A stretch of 64,000 nt of DNA, from the NCBI RefSeq assembly GCF_001194135.2, contig NC_068988.1, forward strand, positions 16,004,885 through 16,068,884, read 5' to 3'. This DNA comes from Octopus bimaculoides. Its lineage: Eukaryota. This document shows, piece by piece, positions 38,470-51,732 of this stretch. A program made the translations under genes and the position numbers. How positions within the stretch are numbered: the stretch's first letter is position 1; each line of letters starts with the position of its first letter. Under the pieces are notes generated by a model. It did no database searches. It saw only the letters and a program-made list of their open reading frames with translations, and had not been told where the DNA came from.

Positions 38470-40087
38470 GGATGGGAATTTTGGAAGGAGGGGATCAGTC
38501 AAATAAATCGCCTTCGGAATCAATGGCAACATTGATCTCGGCGGGGTTTTAAACTAATATCTGAAAATCTAAAGCCAAGTACGGTAGCATCCGATGCATT
38601 AGCGATTCTGCCAGTTCTACAATAACGATGATGATAGTAGTAGTAGTCGTAGTCGTAGCAGTAGTAGTAACAGCGGTAGCAGCAGCAGCAGCAGTAGTAG
38701 TAGTAATAGTAGTAGTCGTCGTCGTCTTCGTAGTCTTCGTCGTCGTCTTCGTCATCTTCGTCGTCGTCTTCGTCGTCTTCGTCGTCGTCGAAGTCGTAGT
38801 AGTAGTAGTAGTAACAGCAGTAGCAGCAGCAGCATTAGTAGTAGTAGTAGTAGTAGTAGTATGGAAGCATGCGCTGTAAAAGCACGTCGCTGCATCCACC
38901 ATTTTGCTGATTATTTCCTAATCCTGGCGAATGACGCCTTTGCACTACCCAGGCGACAACAGCTCCACCCCTTGGTTCTGTCTGAGTAGTGGTTGCTGGT
39001 GAGTTTTTACGAAGTCGGAGTGTAAATCCCACCTCAACCTCTTTCAGTCACTTTTTACAAGGCACAAGGAAATGTTGAGTCTATTCTTTGGCATACCGGT
39101 TCCCACACAGCACGATGATGATGATAGTGAAGATGATGATAATAATAAGAATTCCAGTATAGGCTCAAGGCTAAATGCAGAGGAGGCGTTCAATATCGAT
39201 GAAAACTGGACTTGAAGATAACACGAAAGAATAACTATTGCCTACCTGATATACTGATAACACTTGGACTGAAAGAGAGATGCAGTGAGATCTGAACACA
39301 GAAATAATGAAAAATATCCAGAAGCAATAATGCAAGACGTCTATGATTATAACAGTAAAAAAAGTTTCTAACAAAAACACAAGGTGTGACATTTGGCGGA
39401 GTAAATTAGTTGGTGAAATCAGTCCAAGTGTTTGACTGTAATTTTATCATCCCGAAAGGATGAAAGTCAATGTTGATTTCGTCATGATTTGAACTCCGAA
39501 CATAAACACCACAAAGTACTTTACCCAACGGCCTAATGACTCTCCCAACATACGGTCCGTGCTCTGGTAATCCTTTTTTTTTTTTTAGTACAGGTACAAA
39601 GCTCGAAGCTATGACGGTGGAAGCTAGGCAATTACATCGACCCCGGTACTCAACTAGTATTGTTTTATCGATTCCGAAAGCACGAAAAGAAAAGTCAACC
39701 TTGGCGGAATGTAAACTCAGACGGGTTGAAATGCTGCTAATCATTTTGTCCGATGCGCTAACGATTCTGCCGACTCACGGCCTTATACTGTATTCTAATA
39801 ATAATTCTTTCTAACTTAGTCACAAGGCCATAAGGGAGCGAGCCGGTAGAATCATTAGCACGCCAGGCAAAAGGTTTAGCGGTATTTCGTCTGTCCTTGG
39901 TTGTTCATATTCCATCGGAGTCAACTCTTCCTTTCAGCCTTTCCGGGGCGACAAAATAAGTTTAGTCAAATACTTTAGTGAAATATTTAGGCGGATAAAA
40001 AAAAGCTTAGTCAAATACCTGGGTCAATGCAATCGACTTCCACTTTCCTCAAAAATGCTGACCCTGTGCCAAAATTTGAAACCCATA
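38470..40087. mobile_element. SINE family B copies: 38470-38615 (-), 39590-39783 (-), 39833-40087 (+), around a (GTA/GTC)n tract at 38625-38861
   Basis: Diverged family B heads and cores. Confidence 0.7.
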
Positions 40088-40099
40088 TAGTTACAAGAC

Positions 40100-40270
40100 A
40101 ATAGATTTTGAGTGCCGAAAGTTGACTGCATATTTTGTTATGTCTGTGGAAAGTCATTCTCTTTCGGTGCCTTATAATTTAACACACTCACCGGTAAAAT
40201 TTCCACTTATTTCTTTTTTATTTTCCTAAAATTTTCGTTGCGTCTTCCAGCCTTTTCAATAGTTTTGACT
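40100..40270 (-). repeat. PLE-pLTR-like repeat carrying a U3-A8 hammerhead motif (40226-40262)
   Basis: Reverse complement of 44085-44250. Core CTA-TTGAAAA-G-GCTGG-AAGAC-GCAAC-GAAA-ATT-T-TAG, with stem II partly decayed. Confidence 0.7.
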
Positions 40271-41049
40271 CTGTCCGTTACTCACACAGCGTTCCTTTTT
40301 GTTTGTTTGAGCGTATGTGTGTGTATCAATGTGTGTGTTTGTGTGTGTGTGTGTGTGCCTATAAATGCATGTATGTATGTATGTATGTATGTGTGTGTGT
40401 GCATATGTATCTATTTATGTGTGTACATTTATATTATGTATTCTGCATATTCATGTGTTTGCATGTCCGTGTTTGTGGTTTATGTATGTGTGTGTATGTT
40501 TGTATATATGTGTGTGTACCCCTGTTCCCTTGTGTGTGCATGTCTGAGTGTTGGTGTGTGTTTTGCAACTATCTACCGTGTTTGTATGTATGGATGCGCA
40601 TCTCCATATGTGTCCTTGTGTGAGGTAAAGTGTGTGTGTTTATATACGGTCATGTGTTTCAGTCTTCATTTGCATATGTGTGCTTGTTTGTTCATATAAC
40701 CTATGTAACTATCGCTGTGTATGTTGATCCGTTTACAACGGAACGAACACATAGGAAAACAAATAGCCACTTGGAATTATTCCTTCATCAGCTGCCTCTA
40801 TTCTAAACTAGGTGTTTCGAAGATAAGGCAGGATGTACTCTTAGAATAGTTTCTTCCTGAATAGAGGATCAATCCACTAAACAGAGAATTCCAAGGTAGC
40901 AAACACAAACTAAGACAGGAAAAAATGGACAGTGAAAACAACAATAAAAAACCGTAGAGCCAAACGCGAATCGAATATTGAACGCTAGTGATAGGACGAA
41001 GCTGGACGGAGAAAAAACAGGTTCGTCTCGCCTTCATGGTGGCTGAAGT

Positions 41050-41095
<46 letters not shown>

Positions 41096-41483
41096 CATAC
41101 ACCCCACTCGCATACATACATACATCTTTCTACATAACAGCCCACTAACTATTCTACTCTACCTGTGTAAATTGTGGGTATGGGAATATGATATCTACTA
41201 TGTATATTTCCTATTTAGGAAATATACAAAGGAAATATACATAGTGGATGTCTATGGAAATATACATAGTGATGTCTATGGTTTATATACTCCTTATGAA
41301 ATAATTTCCTCAATCACATCTCCTGAATTCCAGCTGCATGGAACTTTGCGTTATACTCTTCTTTATAGTATTACTATGTGATCTGTTAGCCGAGTCTGCT
41401 AGTGGTGTAATGTGTGAAGGCCACACGATTCTATGAATTGATATATTGGTTTAAACTTTTTTTACAAGACCAACAAATGTGTG

Positions 41484-42790
41484 AGGGGGGGGGGCATAGT
41501 GTATTAAATCGACCCCAGTGCTCAAATGCTACTTATTTTATCGACCCCAAAATGATGAAAGGCAAAGAATCATACAAACGATTCTGCCAGCTCACCGTTT
41601 TGTTAATCCATACATTACACTATAAATTTATATATATATATATANNNNNNNNNNNNNNNNNNNNNNNNNNNNNNNNNNNNNNNNNNNNNNNNNNNNNNNN
41701 NNNNNNNNNNNNNNNNNNNNNNNNNNNNNNNNNNNNNNNNNNNNNNNNNNNNNNNNNNNNNNNNNNNNNNNNNNNNNNNNNNNNNNNNNNNNNNNNNNNN
41801 NNNNNNNNNNNNNNNNNNNNNNNNNNNNNNNNNNNNNNNNNNNNNNNNNNNNNNNNNNNNNNNNNNNNNNNNNNATAACCGTCAGCTCACAACACAATGT
41901 TTCTGAACATTTCTCGAAGAAGAGGTTCTAACCCCAAAATATTGAAATGTAAGATAAAAGTACAAACCATCGACGTATATTATTTCTTTTAACTTGTTTG
42001 ATGCTATGGAAAAAAATTTAAGAAACAGTTATATATATATATATATATAACTATACTACTATATACTACTAAACACGTAACATATATAGTGTCAGCTTTC
42101 TAAATATACCAATTTCGTCCAACATATCTTGCATGATATTATCTTTTAGCGTGATTTAAACTTGTGTTGTGAAGTTTACAGGTCTCGGTAGACTCTTTTG
42201 TGTTAGTCGATTTCTGGTACTGAAATTATTGCCATGAGTCTCTATAACTATGTGTGAACCAAAAGAATCACCTTAGGAGATTTCAATTTAGTTTCCCTAA
42301 TTTTCTTTTCAGAAACTATATTATATAAATTTCTTTGCCTGAACAATATTAAAATTCAATTAACTCGATGTTGTGTAGTAATATCTAACCTTTATTTTTG
42401 AAATGTTTGCATAAATATACAACTGCAAAAATTTTACATATCAACATAAATACACGAAAACAACTTATTTAGTTAATAACGTTCTTTGAAAACTATAATG
42501 TTTTTAGCATACAAAGCCTATCAATAAAATAGGCTAAATATTTACTTTCTACATTAACAACTATCTTTTAAATTAAAATATATATAAACACGCTGAGCTG
42601 AGCGGATCGTTACCGCTCCAGACAAAATTCTTAGTAGAATTTCTCCCGGTTTTACGTTCTGAGTTCAAATGTCACTGAAGTAGATTTGCCTTTCATCCTT
42701 TACAGGGGTGATAAAGTAAGTGCCAGTTGAGGGTCGATGTAATCGATTGGCTCCTACCCACAAGATTTCAGGTCTACAGTTTACTGTAGA
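41484..42790. mobile_element. SINE family B fragments at 41484-41596 (-) and 42590-42790 (+)
   Basis: Family B core motifs GATGAAAGGCAAAG and GAGTTCAAATG...TTTGCCTTTCATCC. Confidence 0.7.
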
Positions 42791-43284
42791 AAAAAAACAA
42801 ACAAAAGATTGTGTTACATACTAGTGGAATCCGTGAATATTACACGGAGTTAATGAAAAACCTATTGGCTTATTTCTGAAAACTTTATCCAAAACAACTG
42901 GAAGCGTAGCCTGTGTTTTGTCTGTATGGAAAAATAGTCACTCATCTGCTAATCTTTGGAAAGTAAAGGAAATGGAATACGATGATTACTTAATGCAGTT
43001 TATATGTATATACTTTATGCGCAATGTTATAGATTTAATACACAGCACTCATAAAATAAATATTGAAACGTATTTTTACATTTTTCTCATAAGCCAAAAA
43101 AAAAAACTAACCTGTACATATGATACAACCTTTAATTAAATTGCATGTATTTGCCACGTAAATAAGCGTGAGAATTTCACGAAATTGCACTTATGAGCGT
43201 GCACCTAAGTGATAGGTGATATGAAATTAAAAAATACACCTTTCACTATCCAGTAACCATCACCACTACCGCCACCACCATCAT

Positions 43285-43445
43285 CTCTGTCTCACCTCTG
43301 TCTCCCTCCTCTCTGTCTCCCTCCTCTCTGTCTCCCTCCTCTCTGTCTCCCTCTCTCTCTCCCTCCTCTCTGTCTCCCTCCTCTCTCTCCCTCCTCTCTC
43401 TCTCCTCTCTCTCTCCCTCCTCTTTCTCTCCTGTCTCTCTCCCTC

Positions 43446-43476
<31 letters not shown>

Positions 43477-43505
43477 CCTCCTCTCTCCGTCTTCTCCCCT
43501 CTCTC
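43285..43505. repeat. CT-rich minisatellite (~15-bp CTCTGTCTCCCTCCT units)
   Basis: Direct reading. Confidence 0.85.
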
Positions 43506-43980
43506 TGTGCCTTTCTTTAACCTCACCATCAGAACATCACCCATCTGCTAAAAGTGTATTTCAATCTCTCCTCCTCTACTTTCAACTAACTTATTTAGCC
43601 ACGTAATAAATATTACGTTTCCCCATCTCATTTTATGGACGCTTGTCTCTCATGCTTTTTCTTTCTCCCTCTTTTTGTCTTACTCATCGACTTATCTGCT
43701 GTTTCTCTATCTTTTTGCTTTCTCCTCCCTTTCTCTTCAACTAATCGCATGTTAGCGTTACAATTACATTCCCTCTCTCTTACGTCATGCACACTTTTAT
43801 TTTCCTCTTTATCTCCCTCCTTCTTTTTCTCTTTCCGTCTTTTCTTTCTCCCTCTTTTTCTCCAATCACATGAAAGCGTTACCGACGGGCTAAGTAACAC
43901 AATGACAAACAGAATTATTATAAGACGGGAGTATAACTAATGAAAATATCCTATTTACCGTTGTGTTTGCGGCGAGTCAT

Positions 43981-44250
43981 ATAATTTAACACACTCACTG
44001 GTAAAATTTCCACTTATTTCTTTTTTATTTTTCTAAAATTTTCGTTGTGTCTTGCAACCTTTTCAATAGTTTTAACTCTCAAATCTATTGAAAAGNNNNN
44101 NNNNNNNNNNNNNNNAAAAGGTTGCAAGACGCAACGAAAATTTTAGAAAAATAAAAAAGAAATAAGTGGAAATTTTACTGTTGAGTGTGTTAAATTATAA
44201 GGCACCAAAAGAGAATGACTCTCCCCAGACACAACAGAATATGCTTCAAT
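43981..44250. repeat. Inverted pair of PLE-pLTR-like repeats, each with a U3-A8 hammerhead motif
   Basis: 43981-44069 is the reverse complement of 44085-44200 if the 20-N gap is collapsed over the AAAAG overlap. Confidence 0.8.
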
Positions 44251-46615
44251 ACACGAACTCACGTAAAGAATCTTGCAAACCAAATCCCAAAACGAAATAT
44301 CCTATTTACGTTTTCCTAGTAATAATTTTAAAGTATTATTTGCGCCCAGTTCCTTTCACTTATTGCATATATTTTACCTTGTTGACTTCATCTGTGGGCA
44401 AAATTAATATTCTTACATAAACACCTAATTTAAAAGAATAAAAACTGTCCCTTTCATATAAATATAAACTTTTTGAGAGTAAAATGGTTGCTCCGAATAT
44501 ATTTTCCGGAGTGTGACACAAAAGATAGTCTGGAATGAAGGTATACTTTCTTAATGTAAATATTCCCCCTTTTTTAAGGGACTATTTAGATAACGCGCTG
44601 ACATACGTTGGAGTGTCAGAAAAATTGCTTCTGATATTTATTCATCGAAATAATAAAAAAATAGTCTTTCTTTGTTAATTAAAAGTTTCTTTTGGAACAC
44701 GAAGCAAAGTGTATATATAGGAAATGCTATTATATATAGATTCTTAACGTATTTTGAACATACTGACACCAAATGTTTCGATTTGAAGTTGGACTCAGAA
44801 ATTATGAGTTTGTAATGTAGATTCAGATGCGTGGTGAATGATTAAGTCAAGGTTAAAATATGTCAAGACAATGTAGAGACAGCACTATTGTCATTTATTG
44901 TATGCATAATCTCATTTGGTTGCCTCTGGTATATCTATAGTAGTCATACAGAAAATATAAGTGAGATTTAGTTCATGAACTCTTTATACAAAATGAAATA
45001 TTCAAGCTTACATCTATAAAGTTCTAATCTATTTAGTCCGCATTAATCTTCCAATAAATACTCCAGAAAGATAATTTCCTTCCGTTGTTGTTCTAGTCTT
45101 AGTTTAAGTGAAGAATAATCAGTGTTTGCTTGTGATAACTGCCACAAACTCTGATCAAAAGCATTCCTAACTTGACCATCACATGCTATTAGATAAGACT
45201 ATTTTAAAGGAGGTTTGACGTGCTGCAAGGAAAAAAGCCGGCTGCTTTTTCAAACACATCAATGACCATATAGCGGTTTCTTTGTTGATTATTGCATCTA
45301 TTGCTATTGCTGTTGCTGTTGTTGGTTAACCCCAGCTATGCCTTTATTAAGGGTAGCTTTTGTGAAGGTGTTCTAATCGTAGTCACCTCGTCTTTATCGG
45401 GGTACAGTATTTCTAGGACTACATTAACTAGTGTATCCGTCATTTTCCAAGCAATTAATATATTAATTAAGATATTAAGTGAGGTTTCTAACCACTCAAT
45501 TAACTAAATGGGGTTCCTCTCGTTGACTTGGAATAAATAGTATTTAACACGTTGGTATGGTTATTATTGCATAGAAGGACTGTATAAGAGGGGGTGATTA
45601 CTTGTCTTTCAGATACTATGCGGTGCAATATATATTCATTGCCATCAACATAAAATATAATGTCCATGCGTAAATCCCCTTTTCACTGCTTACTGGTTGA
45701 ACATTCAGCCTTAAACTTTGCTCGCCGAGCAAAAGTAGATACTTCATTGAACACTATAAAATAGTCGTCTGTCATTGTTAGGATATAAAGTAGGTTCGTT
45801 CTTGACATCTGATGAGAGGCTTCGTATATACATACAGTTGTAAATATTCTAAGCTGGATTGAGACGTCAAGTAACTAAAGTGTTGAATCATATTGTAAAG
45901 AATATAAGTGTTGTTCAAATGTCAATTGGAATATTTTGCAAAAATTAACAGCTTCACATATTATGTGAAAACGAAAACAATATTGTTTAGATAATCTGCT
46001 GTATTTTGTATATATTATTTGTAGAATTAAAATACGTTTTAATTTGTTTTGACAAGTATATTTTCCTTTCACTGATTTTATCCTCTATCAGATAAAGACT
46101 AATTCAGTTCTAAATTTAAGACATTTTATATTTCATATTTTATATTTCCATATTAATTATTATATTCCTATTTGTTGGCAAGGCTATTCAATTTTATTTT
46201 TTATGTAAATAAATGCATTAAAATGCACATTTCTTGCTCTAGTAACCTAAGTTTTAAAGTGCATATTTATAAATGTTTACACTCAGTCTTTACCCTTCAT
46301 ATTTAGCTGTGGGAGCTCGAAATATTGATTGTATCTGTAGTTCAAAGGCCCAGTTTTTCATACACTTGAGTCACGATGATCCTGTATTAGATTTACGTTA
46401 AATATACACGTGTCTTTGGAATAATCAGCCATGTGTATTATCATTCGTTTAGCAGGTAATTGAGCTGAAGCACAACTAAACCTCATTGTCAAAGCCGACG
46501 GAAATCCAATTGTGTCTAAACAAATCGGGTTGCTACTTGTTTTGCCGCTGGGACACCGGCGTATGCCAAATTGCTGCTATATTTTAAGTTAATTAAATTT
46601 ATATTTCAATAATAA

Positions 46616-46860
46616 CTGGCACTTACAACGACGAGAATTCCAGTCCAAGTGGCTGCGCTCTCCCCAAACCATGTTCCCTTAACGTAGTTCTCAGAGAGAA
46701 TATGACAAGGCTGGCCCTTTGAAATACAGGTGCTACTCATTTTTGCCAGCTGAATGAAATAAAGTGTATTGTTCAAGAGCACAACGCGCCGCCAGGAATC
46801 GAACTCACGACCTTACCCTCACGATCCGAATACACTAACCACTAAGCCATGCGCCTTCAC
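46616..46860 (-). mobile_element. tRNA-derived SINE family D with 13-bp TSD
   Basis: Head TGGCTTAGTGGTTAG...GAGTTCGATTCC. TSD ATTTCAATAATAA at 46603-46615 and 46861-46873. Confidence 0.9.
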
Positions 46861-49542
46861 ATTTCAATAATAAGAGTCATAATAAATGGAGAGAAGCAAA
46901 AAAAGAAGCAGTCCAAAGTTGAAAACAGTGGGAAATGTGGTCGATGATCTATGATTCGTAGGAAACAAAAAGCCTAAGTAAGCATGTCCTGCTTCCAATT
47001 TACAAAGTTTCCGCCCTTATTTTTGTTATATTTTCTCAAAAGAAAGATGTTAAGACATTCTGAACATTGGTGGTTTCTATCTTTACATTTTTTCTATGTT
47101 TCAATATTCTGACGTTTTGTACGACCTTTCGCTAGCAAATGAAGTATCAGCGATGCAACATTTACTTTGTTGCCATTTTCCGATGAGTTTAATTTTTATG
47201 AATACACTATGAAATAAGGCGTTACTTTTGAGCGCATGCCTTCTGCTATATGGATACAAATTCTCTGAAATTTCTAACTGGTAGTCTTGCATAATCTAAG
47301 TTTTACTTGGGAGTTACTGAGAATTTTATTTTATGAGGTGGGTGTTTCATAATCAGGAATTTACTATTAGATGACTTGTCCATTTTTACGACAAACTTTT
47401 CTTCTAACATAGCATATATGGTAGTCTGCATAGACTGTTAGTTTTTCATGCACAAATGTTCTGAAATTTACTTCTATCTTTTACTCCAGCACAAATAGGG
47501 TGTTAATTTTGATGACATGTCTTGTGCTATATGTGGGGCAATTAATACTTCTCTCTCCTTGATAATCTGGATTGTAAAAATTATTGTTGCACTTTGGCAA
47601 ACTAAGCCTTATGGATGTTATTTATTAATAACGATAGCCTTGTCTGACAGTTGTTGGTAAATTTCGTCTTGAGACCAGAAGTTAGTCGTTCTTAGGAACT
47701 GTGGTAACATTTCCAAGATATTATCAAGTGTTATATGGGTCTGTCTCTAGATGTATTTCCGTTTTGGTACGTGGTATTTATAATGACAAAACCACTACAA
47801 ATAAGATAATTATTTGAAGGCTGATATTGGATGGAACACTGGCATGCTTTCGATTAATTGTATGAAATATTCTGATGTTTTGCATATGAAAACCTCACTA
47901 TGTCAGGAGAATGTAAGTTGTCAGTCTACTGAGAAATCCAAAATATATGCCCTAAAAACCCAGAACTACCTCACTGACTCTCAATATAAACATCGGCCAT
48001 AACAGTGTGCTAAAATGCTAAATGTATGACTTGCTAGAAGTACACGAATACAGAGTTCAATCTCGGTTGTACAGCCACTGATTGTTTGACAAACCTTATT
48101 TCTTCACATCATAGGCAAAAATGCAAACTCCTCACGGTCAGATTAAACTAGCAAATGATACCATAGCGGTGTTAAGATAATGTATAAGATCTGTCATTTC
48201 GATTACGAAATATAACAATAAGTGAAAGAGGTGATTATAGATTCACCATTATAAAAAATACCATGGGTCACATAAAAATAAGTATCTTCGAAAGTTTATT
48301 TTTCGAAAGAACAACACTAAAACATGTAGTTTAGTTAAGATGTACACTTGGCACTTTTATTCTCTGGTAACAGAAAAAGGAGTTTGGTTTTTGTAGACTA
48401 TATGAACTCACAACCTAACTGGATCAAATTTACCTTTAATTAAGTAAAACAGTATTGGAATTTCATTCCTGAATATACAAGTACAAAAAACGAAGCACAT
48501 TTTATTAGAACAGCAGTCTATTGGAAACCAATATTCATTGATCTTTGCATAAACTATGACTAACAGGATATATCATAAACATGTTAGGAACACAGTTATC
48601 GAATGCTTAGAAGGATCAAGCATAAACGATCTGTATCGATGAATCAGTTTATAAAGGAGAAATAAATCACCTAAAATGCATTCACCAATAACAAATACTC
48701 AGTTCGTAAAATGGGAGTTACACCCCAAATCTATATAAATCCCACGAGGGTCTATCGAGAGATATTAACAGAAATTGCCAGACATATATCACTAGAACTA
48801 TACGGAAAAGTAACACTGTAGTTCATTGTTTTGTCATAAAAATTGAACGAATCGAAGAGTAACCGGAACATAAGAACTGTCTCTTTATCATAAAAAAGCT
48901 CTTGCAAAATGTCTGACAAAGGTGTAATTGCCGGTGTCTAAAGGTCAGAATAGAGAAATTTTATCGGAGTGTTTTAATGAAAAGAGAAACGTTGAACTCA
49001 GGAATGACTGAACATATATAATATCACAAGAAAAGAAAATATATTCAGCTACGGAATGAAGTCTTTATTGTAGATAAATTATCACAATGAAAAATGAAAA
49101 ATCTCGCTTACTGATAATGCTACCTATCAATTTGAGGGCTGTTATCAGCTCAATATGGCTGCTATTAATGAAAGATAAAATAGAAAAAAGCCCACACAAA
49201 ACAAAACAAAAAATAAAAAAATTGCAATAAAAATTGTTGTGGAAAGGGACGATACTACACTTCGTTTAACACTGAAATGTTACTGGTTTGGATATAGTTT
49301 GAAAAAATTATCCTTTTCTTTACCGGTTTTAGTCACTGGGCTGCAGCCATATAGTTACAACATCTTCAAGGATTTTGGTCGATTGTTTGATATTTTAAAG
49401 TGATTGTTTCTGGAATCTCTGAGTTCGGAAACATAAATGACCAAAGCATACTCAGTAGAAGAGGTTTTTAAACTAGTGTTAACTTAAACGTAATCATACA
49501 TATTTATATCGTAGAACATAAACACAGACACATACACAAGCG

Positions 49543-49544
<2 letters not shown>

Positions 49545-49599
<55 letters not shown>

Positions 49600-49737
49600 A
49601 TACACAGAGACAAGCAAGCAATGCATACATACTCACACACGCACACGCACGCACACACACACACACACACGCACACACACACAAACAGGCACATAAACAC
49701 ACACACTCACACACTCGCGTTCACACACACACACACA
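49545..49737. repeat. (CA)n compound microsatellite
   Basis: Direct reading. Confidence 0.95.
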
Positions 49738-50303
49738 ATTCTTTGGTAACCATATATTAAAAACTAGGCTATGAAGTCAATAAATTCGTGTGTAAAAGTG
49801 GAAGTTGAAAACTTCATGAATCTAACTGTTAGATCTTTCATAAAGGTACAGCAGCAACATATTTATAACATGAAGAAACTGCAACAAGCTAGCACACTGA
49901 CATACAAGGCTACATAACAAAATATTAAAGGACAGTATGTACATACTATATAGATTTCCACCCAAATATGGACAATAAAATATGTAGGGAAAGCTCTTGT
50001 CATAGCACAAAATAAAAATTGACACAATGTCAATATGCATACGTCACGAAGAAGACAGGCAATTATATCATTAAGTGGAGCACCGAACATTCAATTACTG
50101 GAGGTTAATTTGTCGAAATTGAAATCACTCAGTATAAGAAAGGACGTGTTGAAGTTAACGTCATTCTATGTCCGAAAGATGAGGCTGAGAGAGTTTGAAA
50201 GCCTCAATAAAATGAAATTAGAAATATCATTGTTACAAACAAACTACGAAGTACTGATACGGAGTTACAAATAATTACAAAACAATAACAAGAAAATAGG
50301 AGA

Positions 50304-50373
<70 letters not shown>

Positions 50374-50429
50374 GCTAGCTAGCGAGCAAGATGTCTGTCT
50401 GCCTGTTTATATGCACATATATATGGAGG

Positions 50430-51107
50430 TTTCTGGACGGTCTTTGTGTTTAAGTTGGTGAATGCTGCCATAATCTTTGCCTTCAGTTCATCTTTGATTT
50501 TACAAGGTGCTTTGTGATCTCTCGCTCACTTGCACCCCACATATAATAATGAAGGGGGTTGCAGACTAGGGAGTTAGGTGGGCAGATGTTAGGGGTGATG
50601 TGATCGGAGAAATTGCCCGACAGACATAATTGGGTTATCTTGGTTGTGTGGCATGGTGCAGAGTCCTGTTGCCAGACATAGGGTCTTCTTGCAGCCACTC
50701 CCTTGACCCAGGGCAGCGCTACCTCCTCCAAGAATTTGATGTACGCCTCCGTGTTGCGTGTGGAAGATGAATGGGGGCATAACGATGCCGTCACTAGTGA
50801 TCACTTCAAACACCATGATGTTGACTGGACGTTTGATTTTTATCACTCTCGATACATGTTTTGGAGATACGGCAAGCCAACGGTTGTTCTGAACTCTACG
50901 TATTGGGGCTTCCAGCGTGAATGTGAAGCAGTAGAGCATGTCGTTTCCAAATTTCTGGCATAGTGAATTGCGTCATGGTGCTGTTTTCCTCACTGAGGGT
51001 ACTCAACCGACCCTACTCTACTGTGTAGTCGACAAAATAAACAACAAACAATGATCATGTCTGACATTAAAAATATAAAATGGCGACAATTTACCCATGG
51101 CACCCTG
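50430..51107 (-). mobile_element. DD37D (maT/Bmmar1-like) internal-deletion derivative, copy 2
   Basis: TIR CAGGGTGCCATGGGTAAATTGTCGCCATTTT. WQQDSAPCH...PPNSLVCNPLH has 37 residues between the second D and the third catalytic position (D to H here). Confidence 0.9.
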
Positions 51108-51407
51108 TATATATAAAGCAACGGTACCTCTGTAGACTTTCTATCTACGACGTATGTTCTATTTAGAAGAAAAAAAAGCAGATAATAAAAAGCCCTACTT
51201 TTCTATTTTAAATATGATGTTTCCAGTTTATATTTATATAAATATATCAATGCTTCCCTACAGTTTTTCGCTAATATAAATGCCTCTGAATATAATGTGA
51301 TGTATTGTTCGCCTAGAAAAACACTTTATCTTTTCCTAAATACTGTTGACAGATTAATTAATGGTAAAAAATCTCGAAACAGACAAATCAGATGAATGAC
51401 ACACACT

Positions 51408-51452
<45 letters not shown>

Positions 51453-51622
51453 ACGCACACACACATAAATGTATACATATATAAAAGAAAAGTTCAGAAA
51501 GATTGTATAAATTTGCGGGCGATAAAATTTCCTTTTATAATTTTATTGTCTCAGTTGGTTTAAAAATAATTCCTATTTCACAGTACTTGAGGAATGTGTG
51601 TTTAAAAGCTGTTCACGTTTAG

Positions 51623-51665
<43 letters not shown>

Positions 51666-51693
51666 CATATATATATATACATATGCATATATG

Positions 51694-51732
<39 letters not shown>

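Noticed and set aside
38870-39010. GC-richer block ending in a CTG|GTGAGT donor-like site
   Set aside because: No acceptor and no long open frame leading into the donor.
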